Part shown: positions 36,593-51,900 of the stretch, piece after piece
How positions within the stretch are numbered: position 1 is the first letter of the stretch
How the letters are laid out: each line of letters starts with the position of its first letter
From: a virus
Virus record (IMG/VR): IMGVR_UViG_3300032240_000412
Location: 1 to 64,000 of that record
Direction: 5' to 3' (one strand)
DNA length: 64,000 nt
Made by a program: the position numbers and the translations under genes
The notes under the pieces: generated by a model
Database searches by the model: none
The model's input: only the letters and a program-made list of their open reading frames with translations
What the model was told of the DNA's origin: nothing

Positions 36593-39500
36593 ATGGCTAT
36601 TACAACACGTCAAACCGGATTACTAGTACAGCAGGATTGGAAAAAGCTGTATCAGACATTTAAAGATGCTGACTTTCAAAGTTACGACTTTGAAACGTTA
36701 CGCAAATCAATGATCGATTACCTCAGACTATACTACCCTGAGGACTTCAACGACTACATTGAATCATCTGAATTTATTGCGTTACTAGACTTAATTGCCT
36801 TTATGGGACAGAGTTTAGCGTTTCGTACTGATTTAAATGCTCGCGAAAACTTCTTGGATACTGCTGAACGACGTGACAGTATCTTAAAGTTGGCTCGACT
36901 AATCAGCTACAACCCCAAGCGTAATATTGCGGCCAGCGGCCTATTAAAATTTGACAGCGTAACCACAACAGAAAACGTAACAGACAGCAATGGATTGAAT
37001 TTAAGCAATCTAGTTATTAACTGGAACGACACTGCCAATGACAACTGGGCAGAACAGTTTAACACAGTTTTAAATGCTTCCTTGATCAGTAGCCAAACTG
37101 TTGGCGCTCCAAGTAACAGTCAAGTTATTAACTCTGTTACCAACGACGAGTATACAATTAACCTATTGCCAAACGTGATTCCAGTTTACAAGTTTGAATC
37201 GTCAGTTGACGGCAACAACATGCGTTTTGAAGCAGTTAGTGTTAGTTCTGCAGGAAAAACGTATCTATACGAAACAGATCCTAAGCCACGTAGCGCATTC
37301 AACATCTTATACAGAAATGACAATTTAGGAAACAACAGCATCAACACAGGATTCTTTTTCTACTTCAAGCAAGGAGAATTATCTGTCAGCAACTTTACTC
37401 TAGCAGATGCGTTGCCAAATCGTGTGGTCAGTATCAAATCCAACAACATCAATAACTCAGACGTGTGGTTATACAACGTATTAACCAGCGGGCTAGCCGG
37501 CGACAAATGGACTCAAGTTCCTGCTATTTCTGGTGTAAACATTGTTTACAATAATACTGCGGACAAAAACATCTACCAAGTCAACAGCAAGTCTGGAGAT
37601 CAAATTGATTTGGTATTTGGCGACGGATCGTTTGCAACCATTCCACAAGGCAATTACCGTTTATTCAGTCGTGTCAGCAACGGTCTAACATACAAGATTA
37701 CTCCTACAGAAATGCAAAGTATTGTTATTCCTATTAACTATGTAAGTCGTACAGGACGAGTTGAAACGCTGACTATTCGTGCCAGCCTGAACTACACTAT
37801 TGCAAACAGTGCCGCACGTGAGTCAATTGAAGATATTAGAACCAAAGCACCCCAACAGTATTATACACAAAATCGTATGATCACTGGTGAAGACTATAAT
37901 ACCTTACCCTATACAAACTATGCCAATGTACTAAAAGTTAAAGCAGTTAATCGTACCAGCTCAGGCGTAAGTCGTTACCTAGATGTGTTGGATGCCACCG
38001 GCAAATACTCTAGTACAAACATCTTTGCACAAGACGGAATTATTTACAAAAATCAATTTTTAAAATCTGAATATTTTACATTCCAGAGTGCCAACGACAT
38101 TAAAAAAGTTCTATATGATGTTGCTATTCCAATATTGAGTACCAAAGAAGCACAACACTTTTTCTATACTAACTATCCTCGTTTTACTAGCCCAGATATT
38201 GTTTGGGTGTCTGACATCAACGCCGACAGCGGATTGTCGGGCGGATTTAGCCGCGATGGTATCAACTTGGTGACTGTGGGAGCAGGTGTTAGTCCAAATT
38301 TAAGTTACTTGACTGAAGGAGCCATTGTGAAATTTCTAGCTCCAACAGGTTATTTCTTCAATGCTCGAGGTGCATTGGTTGCTGGAACTCCAGTATATGA
38401 TACAGAGTCAACTAGTTTGTATGCCAGCATTATGGTACAAAACAGCTCTGCTGTAACCTTAAACATCAAGGTACCAACAGGTGCCAAATTAGACACCATT
38501 ATTCCTCGTTTTGAAACCAGTATACCTGCTACTTTGGTTAATACAATCATTGGCCTGATTCAGGGTCTTCGTAATTTTGGCATAGGATACGACATTGTTA
38601 ATAATGTTTACTATATTATTGCCAGAGAAGACCTAGATTTATCCAGCCCGTTTAATTTAACTTACGCAAAAGATACTTCCGGAACGGCAAAAGATGCCAG
38701 TTGGATGATGCACTTTTCGTACAGTAACCAGCAATACTCTATTAACTATCGAGGATTAGAATATATTTTTGAAAGTAAACTTGAAACCAAGTTTTATTTT
38801 GATCCATCAAGAAAAGTATTTGACGCTAAAACTGGTTTAACAATCGTTGACCAAATTAAGGTGTTAAAAATGAATTCTTTACCTGACTCGGCATTGCCAC
38901 TGTCATACGATGTACGTTTTAACATTTATGATAATATTGTTGACAGCGATGGATATGTAAACAATAACAAAGTAAAAGTAACATTTACCGATAGCAATAA
39001 TGATGGAGTTCCAGACAATCCAGATATTTTTGATACTGTAGTTGCACCAAATTATAATACTATCAAGAAATATGTATTCTTCAAGCAGTATGTTGACTAC
39101 GGAAGTTTTATTCGTTTACAGCCTCTATCTGCAGACATGGTAGAAACAGATCTAGTGACACAGGGGCAAATTCAAGTCAACGTAAACATTTATAATGTAG
39201 GACAAGTTTTCTATGCTAGCCAAGATGATATGTTTTATCAGATTCAATTGGTTGGAACTAGTAGAGTAGTTGTTCCAGTTGACGGTTATGTGTATTATAT
39301 TGGTCGACAAGACTTGTATTTCCAATATCGTCACAACAGTCCAAACAGTAGTAGAATTGATCCAAGCCCTAATAACATCATGGACCTGTTTTTATTGACC
39401 ACACAATATGCTACAGACTATACAAACTGGATCCAGGATACCACTGGACTGGTATCTCAGCCAACAGCGCCCACCAACGAAGAATTAAAACAACAATTCA

Positions 39501-39952
39501 GTGGACTGGAAAATTATAAACCATTGAGTGACACGCTGATCTATAACAGTGCCAAGTTTAAACCAATTATTGGAAGTCTAAGTGCCAGTGCGTTACAGGC
39601 AACATTTAAGGTTATTAAAAATCCCAATGTGGTAATCAGCAATAATGATGTCAAAGTTGCAGTTATTAGCGCAGTTAATACATATTTTGATCTTACCAAT
39701 TGGGACTTCGGGGAGACCTTCTACTTCAGTGAATTGAGTGCTTATCTACACAAACAACTAGCACCCAATGTGTCATCCATCATCATTGTACCAAAAACAA
39801 GCGATTTAAAATTTGGTTCTTTGTATCAGATCAACGCAGAGCCTAATGAAATTATCGTTAGCTGTGCTACAGTGGCCGACGTTGAGATTATTGATGCTAT
39901 TTCAGCAACACAAATCAACCAGGTTTTATTAGGCTTAAATACTATAGTATAA
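36593..39952 (+). CDS. gp6: Baseplate wedge subunit (gp6-like)
   Basis: DFETLR, ENFLDTAERRDS, FGDG and ESIEDIR...QNRMITGEDY motifs. Confidence 0.9.
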   Translation: MAITTRQTGLLVQQDWKKLYQTFKDADFQSYDFETLRKSMIDYLRLYYPEDFNDYIESSEFIALLDLIAFMGQSLAFRTDLNARENFLDTAERRDSILKLARLISYNPKRNIAASGLLKFDSVTTTENVTDSNGLNLSNLVINWNDTANDNWAEQFNTVLNASLISSQTVGAPSNSQVINSVTNDEYTINLLPNVIPVYKFESSVDGNNMRFEAVSVSSAGKTYLYETDPKPRSAFNILYRNDNLGNNSINTGFFFYFKQGELSVSNFTLADALPNRVVSIKSNNINNSDVWLYNVLTSGLAGDKWTQVPAISGVNIVYNNTADKNIYQVNSKSGDQIDLVFGDGSFATIPQGNYRLFSRVSNGLTYKITPTEMQSIVIPINYVSRTGRVETLTIRASLNYTIANSAARESIEDIRTKAPQQYYTQNRMITGEDYNTLPYTNYANVLKVKAVNRTSSGVSRYLDVLDATGKYSSTNIFAQDGIIYKNQFLKSEYFTFQSANDIKKVLYDVAIPILSTKEAQHFFYTNYPRFTSPDIVWVSDINADSGLSGGFSRDGINLVTVGAGVSPNLSYLTEGAIVKFLAPTGYFFNARGALVAGTPVYDTESTSLYASIMVQNSSAVTLNIKVPTGAKLDTIIPRFETSIPATLVNTIIGLIQGLRNFGIGYDIVNNVYYIIAREDLDLSSPFNLTYAKDTSGTAKDASWMMHFSYSNQQYSINYRGLEYIFESKLETKFYFDPSRKVFDAKTGLTIVDQIKVLKMNSLPDSALPLSYDVRFNIYDNIVDSDGYVNNNKVKVTFTDSNNDGVPDNPDIFDTVVAPNYNTIKKYVFFKQYVDYGSFIRLQPLSADMVETDLVTQGQIQVNVNIYNVGQVFYASQDDMFYQIQLVGTSRVVVPVDGYVYYIGRQDLYFQYRHNSPNSSRIDPSPNNIMDLFLLTTQYATDYTNWIQDTTGLVSQPTAPTNEELKQQFSGLENYKPLSDTLIYNSAKFKPIIGSLSASALQATFKVIKNPNVVISNNDVKVAVISAVNTYFDLTNWDFGETFYFSELSAYLHKQLAPNVSSIIIVPKTSDLKFGSLYQINAEPNEIIVSCATVADVEIIDAISATQINQVLLGLNTIV
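39934..39941 (+). promoter_or_regulatory. Late promoter (CTTAAATA)
   Basis: At the gp6 3' end, upstream of the giant gene. Confidence 0.4.
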
Positions 39953-39970
39953 TGTCAACAGGATCATTTA

Positions 39971-42900
39971 ATGGCCGCGGTTAAAACAATTAATTTTTTA
40001 CCAGAAATTTTTCGCAGTAATGCAAATACAAAATTTCTAAATGCAACACTAGATCAACTAGTTTCAGAACCTAGTCTGGATAAAATCAACGGCTACGTTG
40101 GTCGACAGTTTAGTCCCACATACAAAACTTCTGACAACTATATCATTGAACCATCGGCACGCCGACAAGTCTATCAACTTGAACCAACTGTGGTTGTTAA
40201 CGACCCCAATGGAACTCCACAATTCCTGGGCACCTACATTGATTTATTACAAAAACTTGAATACTACGGTGCATATACTGGCAACCAAGACCGATTGTTT
40301 GCACAAGAAAATTACAGTTTTAATCCGTTAATTGACTTTGATAAGTTCATTAACTTTAGCCAATACTATTGGCTACCCTACGGTCCTAACTTAGTTAGTG
40401 TTAGCGCGGCACCAGAAACAGTGCTAGGTGGTGGAACAGTTACAGCCACAGACTTAATGTATTCCCGTACTGAAAAAGGATTTACTGTTTCTTATAATAA
40501 TAGTTCAAGTCAAGAAAATCCTACTCTTTACCTAGAGCGCGGAATTACCTATACATTTAATCCAATGACTACGGGCACAGAGTTTTGGATTCAGACTGAA
40601 CCTGGTTTGTCAGGCACTAAAAAAACACAGCCCGGTGTTTCTACCAGAGATGTACTAGGCGTAAACAACAACGGCGCCACTAACCAAGCAATTACATTCA
40701 CAGTTCCGTTGGCCACAGCACAAGACCAGTATGTAAAAATGGCAGTGGCACAACCACTGCCGGGTAAAAATGTTACTTTTGCATGTGAGCTTGCATTTTC
40801 TCAAATACACAATCAACTGTTAAGTCAAATCAATTTAATTGGTGGCATATCTGGAAATACTACTACAAATAAAAATAATATTGATGGCAAGTTTTTGGTA
40901 TTTTTACCAGTAAACGCAACAACACAAGTGTATTCTCCGGATGGCCTGTTTGATTACGATCCAGAGGGATATGATGGCTTCAAGTTTGATGGCGGACGAG
41001 CAGTACCCCCTGGCGTACTATCGGCGTACCAGGTTTTTGATCCATGGGCCATACCAGGAGCTTTTGACAAATATCGATTTGGAGAAGATAATATTGGTTT
41101 TGACGAAGGGCTACGCCCAGACGTACAGCCCGGTGACGGAGCCGCCGTTGATCCGCAACAACGTTACGGCATATGGAGAATTTCTGCAACACCAACATCA
41201 GACGGATTAGACACACTAATACAGCTATCCTATGCTGGTGATATCAATTTTAATAACAAAGTTTATATCACCAGTGGTCTATACTCTGGTTTTGAGTTTT
41301 ACAAAGATTCATCGGGACTACTGTCAAAAGTTCCTGCAATCACTGCACCGCTAGATACATTTTACTATCAAGACGGTATGAGTGAAATGTTAGCAGGGCA
41401 AATTAAAATAATTGATCCACTATCGATCAGTCTAGACGTAGAAGAAAAAATACTAGGACAAACAGCCTATACTAGCCCCAACGGTATAGAATTTACCAAC
41501 GGCATGTTGATTCAATTTGACAGTACAGTAACTCCTGCCAAATACACCAATGGACTTTTTTATGTTGAGGGTGTTGGTACTGGAATTGTTTTATCTAACT
41601 ACAATGATTTAGCAACACCAGATTCTGGAGTGTTAACTGCCAGTGCGTCGTACGATGCTTCTGCATTTGATGTCACAGGATATGATGCGGCCGCAGGTAC
41701 AGGTGGCGCACTAGACTATATTACAATTAATAGAAGCTCAATTGATGGAAATGCCTGGAGTCGTAGTAATCGCTGGTTCCATATTGATGTTATTAAGAAA
41801 ACAGCCGAATATAATAAAACAGTTCCTCTACTAGATCAAGTTAAACGGGCCAACCGACCAATTATTGAATTTAATCCACATGTTCAATTGTTTAACCACG
41901 GTCGTCAATTCAAAAGCCCGGTACAAATTTTAACAACTACAGTAACAGATGCATTCAACCAAATTGAAAATAAACCAATTGGCACAGAACTGGATGGCAC
42001 ACCTCTAGATGCAGGATTGCGTATTATTTTTGCCAATAATGTAGATAAGATCTATAGAAACAAAATTTTTGTTATTAAACAAAAAGAAATTGCTGGCCTC
42101 AAAACAATCCACCTGGTACAAGATTCAGACAGTGAAATTCTAGAAGGACATCAAGTACTAGTAACTGCCGGCGCAAACATTGGCATGGCCTTTTATTATA
42201 ATGGAACAGATTGGATAGAAAGTCAGAAAAAATACGGCGTCAACCAAGCACCACTGTTTGACATGTTTGACCAAGATGGAAATAGTTTTGCTGACGCCAA
42301 CATCTATTACGGAAGCACCTTTACAGGAACTAAAATATTTTCTTATGGTGTAGGATCTGGCACAGTTGACTATAACTTAGGCTTTCCGTTAAAATATAGA
42401 AACTTTAATCAAATTGGCGATATTGTATTTGACAACAACTACGACATTGACTCATTTACATATCTAGTACAGAACGTGACAGTTCCAGTGAAAATTAATT
42501 CTGGATACGCAAAAATCAACAACGGACTAGATAAATTTGTCTATAGCAACAACTGGTACACCAACACATACCCAAGTCGTCAATATCAAGTTATTACAAA
42601 CTTCTATACAGATACAAGATACTTTGAAGTTGACATTAATCCAATGTCGGCCACAATGATGATGGGCGGCGGCCATACCAAGGTGTTTGTGAATAACAAA
42701 TATATTGGAGCAAATTTTACTGAAACCAATGTCAAGCGAATCAAAACCATTGTTATCAATGACAATGTCACTTTGTCACCCGGTGACAAAATTGATATTT
42801 TAATTCACAGTCTTGATGTATCTAAAATGGGATATTATCAAATACCCGACAACTTGGATTACAATGCCCAGAATCAAAACTTTTCTGAATTGACTTTGGG

Positions 42901-45900
42901 ACAGATGCGAAATCATATCAGTACCAAGGCAACTAATGCATTAACCATTGTTGGGCCAGTTCCTGGTCCAAGCAATTTACGAGATATTGATATTCGTGGT
43001 TCCAGCGGCAGTATTTTACAGCACTCTAGCAGTATGTTATATCAATCGTTGTTTGTTACCAACAACGATACAAACCTGTTTAACAGCTTAGAGTACGCTG
43101 AAAAAGAATACAATAAATTTAAAAACAAATTTTTAGAATTATCAGTAAAAAACAACTACGATACCACAAATGCCGGCAAGACAGTTGACGCAATCTTGAC
43201 AGAAATAAACAAGGTCAAAAACGCTAGCTATCCGTGGTACTACAGCGACATGGTACCATACGGTGACAACTTTAAGGTAGCAAGACCAACCTATACAATC
43301 TACGACAACGGTATTACAGAAATTGAAATTAGCAGTATTTTTAACAATTATGTTTCCAGTAATAAAGCCTTGTTGGTTTATTATACCAGTCAGGCTGTTT
43401 CTGGCAAAGCCGCGTTCCAGGCAGGAAGTAATGTTATCGCAGTTGACATTACTTCGTTGTCAAATTACTCACAATTAGCAATACCTACTTATACTCAACG
43501 TGCATACATTGGTACTGTTATTAGTGGTGATGGTATTCCACCTGGTACAACAATTATAGGTGTTGACGTCAATACTTTTACGATAATATTATCTAATCCG
43601 GTCACTACAACGGGTGTATTTAAAATTACTACTACTCCAACCACAAGGCTGTTGGTATTGGGAAATGATTATATATTTAATCAGACTCGTCCTACTATTG
43701 TGTTGGACCCCAAGTTTTATTCATTGATTGGAGACATGATAGATGTAGTTGAATATACCAGCACAGATGGTAATTACATTCCAGAAACTCCTACTAAATT
43801 AGGATTATACCCTAAATTTACTCCTGGTATTTTCCTAGATGAAACATACCAAACTCCTGTAAAGGTAATTCAAGGTCATGACGGCTCGCTAACTCCAGCA
43901 TTTGGAGATTTCCGTGACGAACTACTGCTAGAATTAGAAACTCGAATCTATAATAATATCAAATTACCATATAGAAGCGACCTATTCAATATTTCAGAAT
44001 TAACGCCAGGTAAATTCAGAGCCACTGACTACACGCTAAAAGAATACAATCAAGTATTGACAAGATCATTTTTGCGTTGGGTAGGCGAACAACAAATTGA
44101 CTTCACTAGCAATAACACATTCGATGGTGGTAATCCGTGGACTTGGAACTATAGCAAGACCACAGACAGTATAAACGGTGAAAGATTGCCTGGATTCTGG
44201 AGGGGTATATTTAAATATTTCTACGACACAGATCGTCCGCATACACATCCTTGGGAAATGTTTGGTTTCAGTGAACAACCAGCTTGGTGGTTATATCGTT
44301 ACGGTGAAGCGCCATACACAGGAAAAAATTCCCAACTGTGGGAAGATGTGGAAACTGGATTTATTGCAGACCCTGCAAATCCTCGCTACGATATAAAGTT
44401 TGCACGTCCGGGCATTTACAAAAGTATTCATAAAAGCATAAATTTTCTACCGGTTGACGAATTTGGTATTCTAAGACCACCTTCTGGTTTTATATCTGCT
44501 GACACAACTGGATTTAATGCCGGCGGCAGTTTTGCAATTGGCGACTGCGGCCCAGTTGAAGCGGCCTGGCGTCGTAGCAGTAGCTATCCGTATGCAGTAC
44601 AACGCACAATGGCACTGTTAAAACCTGCGGCGTATTTTGGTAAATTAATTAACGTCAACAAATACAGTAATAATAATCCAGTTGGCCAGTTCTTGTTAAC
44701 AAACACTAATCAACGTATCAAATCAACAGACGTAGCAATCAACGGAGAAACAGTCAATGGAACTATCTCTCGAACAGCAGGATACATTAATTATATTTCT
44801 GATTATCTAAAAAGTCGCGGCATTGATCCATACAACAATACCGGTGTTGGAGTTAGTTTGCGTAACTATCTAGATAATATCACAATTCAGCTTGGATATA
44901 AAGTTGGTGGATTCACTGACAAGAAACTACTAAAAACATTGGCAGAACACAGCAGTCCGAGCAGTACAAACACAAGTATTATTATACCCGACGACAACTA
45001 TAAGATTATTTTAAACAAATCAACGCCAATTAAAAAGTTTGTTTATAGCGCAGTGATAGTTCAAATATCTGAAACAGGATACACAGTCAGCGGGTACAAC
45101 AGTAAATTTCCGTATTTTACAATCATACCAAGTATCACCAATGGCAATGCATATACAATCACTCAGTTGAATGAGTCGGGCATTATCTATAGAGATTATC
45201 AGAACTTAAAATTAACAGTTCCGTATGGCTACGAGTTTAAGACTCGTCAACAGGTTGTTGACTTTTTAGTAAGCTACGGTAGATACTTGACCAGCCAAGG
45301 TATAAACTTTGATGACTTTGATCCAGAGTTACAACAACGTCCAGACTTTGTTCTAAGCGCAAACGAATTCTTGGCCTGGAGCCAGCAGGGATGGAAAAAA
45401 GACAATCTAATTGTTCTTAGCCCAATTAATAATACTTTGAGTTTAATCACCCGAGATTCTGTTGTTGATGCTATTGATAACTCATTGAACGGTAGTAGAC
45501 TATTAGACCAACAATTTGGAGTTATTCGCACAAGCGACTTGTCGGTGGTCAGAGATGACACTAATTTTAGTGTAACAAGCATAAACAAAACACCAATTTG
45601 TTTGGCAGAACTAGATTTAGTGCAGTACGAACACGTACTGTTATTTGATAATACTACAGTGTTCAACGATGTTATCTATTCTCCAGCATTGGGAAATAGA
45701 CAGTCTCGTCTAAGGCTTGTGGGATCCAAAACTGCCGACTGGACAGGTAAATTGGCACCACCGGGATTTATTTACAGTAGTGATAAATTCCAAACATGGC
45801 AAGTTGGCAGAGACTATCGCAAAGGCGAACTGGTAGAGTACAAAAATAATTACTATGTTGCATTGGATGATGTAACCGCGACTGACAGATTTAAAGCAAC

Positions 45901-48900
45901 TGAATGGAAATCGTTAGACAAAGCGCAAATCAAGTCTGGCTTATTACCTAATTTTGCTACTAATGCTCAACAGTTTGAAAGCTTCTACGATGCCGACGAA
46001 AGACCTGTTAGCAGTAGCCTGAATAAATTTGGTAGCGGACTAGTAGGGTTCCGTGCAAGAAATTATCTAAGTGATCTAAACATTGATGAAGGAACACAAT
46101 TAAAATTCTATCAAGGTTTATTGAAACAAAAAGGTACCAAAAATAGTATTGACGCACTAACAACAGCAACCTTTAGCAATATGCAAGGTGCACTGGATCT
46201 CTACGAAGAATGGGCAATACGGGTTGGCGAATTTGGTGCACTTGACACTAATCAATATTTTGAAGTCAATATAACGCCCGACGTAAGTCAAAAACTTGTT
46301 TGGCTCAACAACGATCCTAATCAAATACAAAAAGATACAGTCATTGTTACAAACGAAACACTGAATAAAAAATCTAATTTGTATCAACCTACATTTTCTA
46401 AAAACAGAGATAGAAGTACCTATTATCAAGACGATATTGCTACTGCTGGCTTTGTGAATCTGGCCGACATTGATGACACTATTTTTAATCTACAAAATTA
46501 TAAAAACCTAGATTCTGTTTTGAGCAAGATGGGATCTGGATATAAAATTTGGACAGCCAAAGACTTTAGTGGAAATTGGAACGTATACCGCGTCAGTGAA
46601 ACAAATAACTATGTTTCGTCACTGAGTTATGCATTAGACAATTTAATGGAATTTGAAACAGTTGCTCCGCATGGACTGACTGTAGGAGAAGTAATTGCTG
46701 TTAAAAATCTTGATACAGCATTTAATGGAGTATACCGAGTAAGTCATGTAACAGACCTAACTCACTTCAATGTATTAACTACAACCGAGCAGGCCAAACA
46801 ACTTTCTCAATCTGCAATTAATGGCAATGGCACATTGTTAAAAATGGAATCAATGAGATTCTCAAACTTGAACGATATCAAAGACTACATCCCAATGAAC
46901 GGTTGGAAAGCCAAAGATAAGATCTGGGTTGAAAATGCAACATCAACAGGCGAGTGGGGAGTGTTTAATAAAACTACTAGTTTCTTGTATAATACCAGTA
47001 TTGCCAAACGTCGAAGCGACTATATCCCACAAGGCAACGAAAACTTTGGTTATGCAGTAGCACTGAATTCTGACAATTCGTTAATGTTTGTTGGTGAACC
47101 GGGTAACGCATCTGGCACTGTTCGTGTTTATTCTAGATCCAAGTCCGGCGACTATGCTTATGCAACAGTATTGTTGCCATCAATTCACGACTTTACTTAC
47201 TCCGCTACACTAACTCCAAGTTTGGCTGAGTCTGAAAAATACGGTGCCGCAGTTGCACTAGGACACCTAGTAGGAGTAGTAGGCATTCCAGCGGCCAGCC
47301 GAGGCGGTATCCCTGGTATTGGTGCAGTTGAGATCTATCAACAGGTAGCGGCCAATGTGCTGGCATTGAAACAGACCATTGTTCCTCCAAACTATCGCGG
47401 GGACACTAACTATGTGGAATTTGGTTGGAGTGTGGCAGTCAGTCAAGACGACCGTTGGATATATGTTGGAGCACCTGGCGACAATGCAGTACACTGCTAT
47501 GGTCTACAGTACGCTGAGGCAAAAACTGACACACTAGATGTTAATCCCAATCAATCAGTATATACTCTACCTTTTACTCCAGCCAACCCTGACAGTATTA
47601 CTATCATTAGCAGTCGTCGAGCATTGGTTATTAACAATGATTATACATTGAGTGGTAATCGAATCACATTCTTGGTTACTACCTATACAGATACGCTGGT
47701 TATTATTCAAAACAGCTACTTTGCTTATGTAGATTCATTGAAATTAGATGATAACAATTACCAATATAGTCCAACTGACAGATTTGGTCATGTTGTAAAA
47801 TGCAATGCAGACGGCACTAAGATTTTAGTTACTGCGCCTGGAAGAAATGTTTTTAAATCAACCGGCGACGGACTACGTCCTGGTCAAATTGAAAACTCCG
47901 ACACAGCAGTTGGAGCAGGGCAAGTCTTTACATTTGATCGTAGTGTTGAAAAATTTGTTGCCAATGGCAAAACAAATGCATTTACACCACGTTATGCAAT
48001 CCCAACAATTTATTCTGTTAAAAAGAACGGAGTTACACAACAGGCCGGATTGCAAAATGATTACTACATTGGCAACGGCACAGTATTCTTTTTGAAAACA
48101 CCCGACAGCGGCGATGTAATTGAAATTGATACCAATAACTTCAATTTGATTGATGCTATTAGTGCTCCCGAGATCACTCCGTACGCAGAGTTTGGATCAA
48201 GTGCAGACATTACAAAAACTGGAGATAGAATTGTAGTTGGCGCACCTTACTACTCTGAAGGTGCATATAGAAGTGGACTAGCACATACCTATTACGACAG
48301 AACAAAAGTTAATGTTATCAATGGAATGGTACCTAACCCAGTTTCCTTAGTTGATAGCTCACTTAAAATCAATGGAGCATTTGTTAACTTTCCAATTGGT
48401 GCAGATGCATCACGCATGACAACATTGATTAATCAAGCACGTATCCCAGGCGTTGTTGCCGCCTTGGTCAATAGAGCTATAACTGTCAACGATTATACTG
48501 TTACCAGCAATCACGTCAAAACATCCCCAAGCGCACAGCTTGTTGGCACCTTTGCTAACTTTATACAAATTACCTCAGTATCAGCGTTGGAAGTGTTGCC
48601 CGACACCGGTGATGCAATGACTTGGATAGGTCTACAGTCACATCAATTTGAAAATACACTACTGAAACCTTATACCAGCCAAGAACAAGAGTTCTTTGGA
48701 ACAGCAGTGGCCATTGCAGAAGAAACAAATCAAATTTTAGTAAGCAGTGAAGGCGCAACCAATTATTTTGTTGGCAAGTATGATACAGGATTCACTGTTG
48801 ATCAAGGATCTACAACATTCTTTGATAGCATAAAAAATAGCGGATCAGTATATTCATACGACTACCTAGAGAATTATAATACCTACTCTGGAGACTATGT

Positions 48901-51900
48901 GTTTGGCCAACAGCTGATTCCAACAGATCTAATGCCAAATGTGGAATTTGGTAAGAGTGTTGTGGCCAACAAAGGCATGATAATTGTTGGCGCACCAAAC
49001 GATAGTACCAACGTTGTCAATGGCGGTATACTGCATAAATTTATTAATTTAGACAACACTAGCAGTTGGCAAAAGATTAGAAGCGAAGAGTCGATAGTCG
49101 ATGTAAGTAATATTGTTAAGTTGTTTACATACAAGAACTCAACACAAAAGATACAGTCGTACCTTGACTATATTGATCCTATTAGCGGAAAAATCTTAGG
49201 TGTAGCAGAACAAGACCTAGACTTTAAAACAGTATTTGACCCAGCGTCTTATAATATTACAACTCGCACAGATGTATCAAATAATGCAGAATACTATTGG
49301 ACTACCAACTACGTTGGCAAGCTATGGTGGAATTTGGATTTAATCAAGTATATTGACTATCGACAAGGTGAGTTATTGTACAGAGCGCAAAACTGGGCAA
49401 GACCGTTTCCTGGTTCAACAATACAAATTAACGAATGGGTACAGTCAGATGTGCTACCAAGCAAATGGGTATCGAGCGGAAAAGACGGTATTCCATTACA
49501 TGCCGATGACAGCGCATACGTACAAGATGTTTATGTAGATCGTACCACAGGAGTAATTACAACCAAATATTATTTCTGGGTATCTAATAGAACCACTGTG
49601 GCAACCGGTAGCAATAAAATTAATAGTGCATCCGCGGTTCAAAGTTTAATTGAATCTCCAAGAACACAAGGCATTAATTATGCGGCGTTCTTACGCAACG
49701 ATGCGTTTAAATTATTTGGTTTAGAAAATACCACAGACACAGACATTATTCTGCACGTTGACTATTCAATTCAGAATACTGAAAATTTAATTCACACTGA
49801 ATATAATTTGGTGCAAGAAGGCAATCCACTGAGTGCTATTCCTCCTAAGATTTATTCCAAGATGGTTGACAGTATCACTGGATTCGATGAGGCAGGCCGA
49901 GTAGTACCAGACCCAACATTGTTGGCGTCAGACAAAATTGGTACAAGTATTCGCCCAAGGCAGACACTAATCAAAGACAATATTGCGGCAACAGAAAACT
50001 TTATTAGATATATTAATTCTGTGTTTATTAAAAATCCAATAGTTGAAAGATTTGATATTGGGCAATTCTTGTCAGAAGAACCTGTGCCAATGGCACCGAT
50101 TACAGACGATCGTGGATTATTGGTTGGTGAATGGCACAAACAAGTTGCAGTATACGAGGATTTGAGTTACCTTGACTTAGCTACAATTCCCTACAGTGGT
50201 AATCAAATACGAGTACTAGTAACAACAGTGACAGCACAAGACAATCTATGGGCAATATATTCATACGATTCGGATACTGCATCTTGGAACTTGTATAGAA
50301 TACAAGCATACAAAACACCATTGACATGGGAGTACGCAGATTGGTACGATTCAACGTACAATCCTACTGTGCAACCCACGCATGTTGTTGCAACATACAA
50401 AGACGTTAAAACAATCAAAGTGTCAGTCAATGATACTATTAAAGTAAACAACGACGGCAAAGGTAAGTTTGTTATCTATCGTGTTAACTCTGACTATCGA
50501 CTTGATCTAGTAGGATACGAAAATGCTACTATACAACTTGGATCTTTGTTTTACGATATTGCTACAGCTAAAACAGGATTTGATGGCGCAAACTTTGATA
50601 CATTACGGTTTGATCACAATACCAGTGTTGAGTTGCGTAATATCATGAAAGGTATTCAAGATAATATATTTGTTGGATATCTAGCAAATGAATTTAGTAA
50701 TTTATTCTTTGTATTGGTCAATTATATTTTAAGCGAACAAAACAGCGTTGACTGGATATTTAAAACCAGCTTTATTAGTGTAGTTCATAAACTAAGAAAA
50801 CTAGCACAATATCCTAGTTATATCAGCGATAATCAAACTTACTACGAAGATTACATTAACGAAGTTAAGCCGTATAGAACAAAAATTAGAGAATATCTGT
50901 TGAACTACAGCGGAACAGACGTAGTACCAAACGATATAACTGACTACGATCCTTTGGTAAAATATAATTTTAACACTGGACATTTTTACAAACCAGAGTT
51001 GCCAACGGGAGTAGCAGAAGCCGCAAAATTCAGTATTGCGGAACTACAAATTGCTAAAGCTGGCACAGGATATTCATCAGAACCAGTGATTACAATATCT
51101 GCTCCAGGCGGACTTGGTAAGCAAGCAAAAGCTCGCGTGGTCATTGACTATGTGACAGGAAAGATTATTGATACCATCATAATAGATGCAGGATCAGGAT
51201 ACACTACCACTCCAGTGGTCACTGTGGATGGTAATGGTTCGGGTGCAATACTGTATGCCCAATTGGGAAATAGCCCAGTTCGTAGTATGCTGACACATAT
51301 CAAGTTTGACAGAATTTCTTATAACAGCCCAGTCAAACGTTGGCCAGGCACAGGAGAGACTACCACATACCATAATGGAGATATTGTAAGTGCAGAAGGA
51401 ACTGCTTATCAAGCATACAGTACTGTTACAGTTAGCAACAAAGTCTTTAATCCGTCGTTGTTTACCAAAGTTGACGCCAGCACGTTTACAAATGCCAATG
51501 ACCGAATAACTTCATACTATTATAGTTCATTGGGACAACCCGATTTGGATCTAAAACGTTTGGTCTCTGGCGTTGACTACCCTGGTAACTATATCACCGG
51601 CTTGAAGTTCTTAGAAAACAAAGGTGAAATTGAAGTCAACCTTAGTGTCAGATCAGACTCTGTATCTGGTTCCAGAAACTTTGAGTGGTGGGCAGGCAAT
51701 GCCACAATTACCAATGTTAGTTTTACAGCAGACGGTACTCAAGCACCAAACTTGCCAACTAAAACATATGGCTCTGGTGACTTGACATTGGTTGCTACAC
51801 CTAATTTAGGGTATAGAAATCAAGTTGTGTGGGCGCCATTGACTGGTTATCTTAAAGACCAAGTAGTACGTTTTGAAGGCAAGTACTATACTGCTCGACC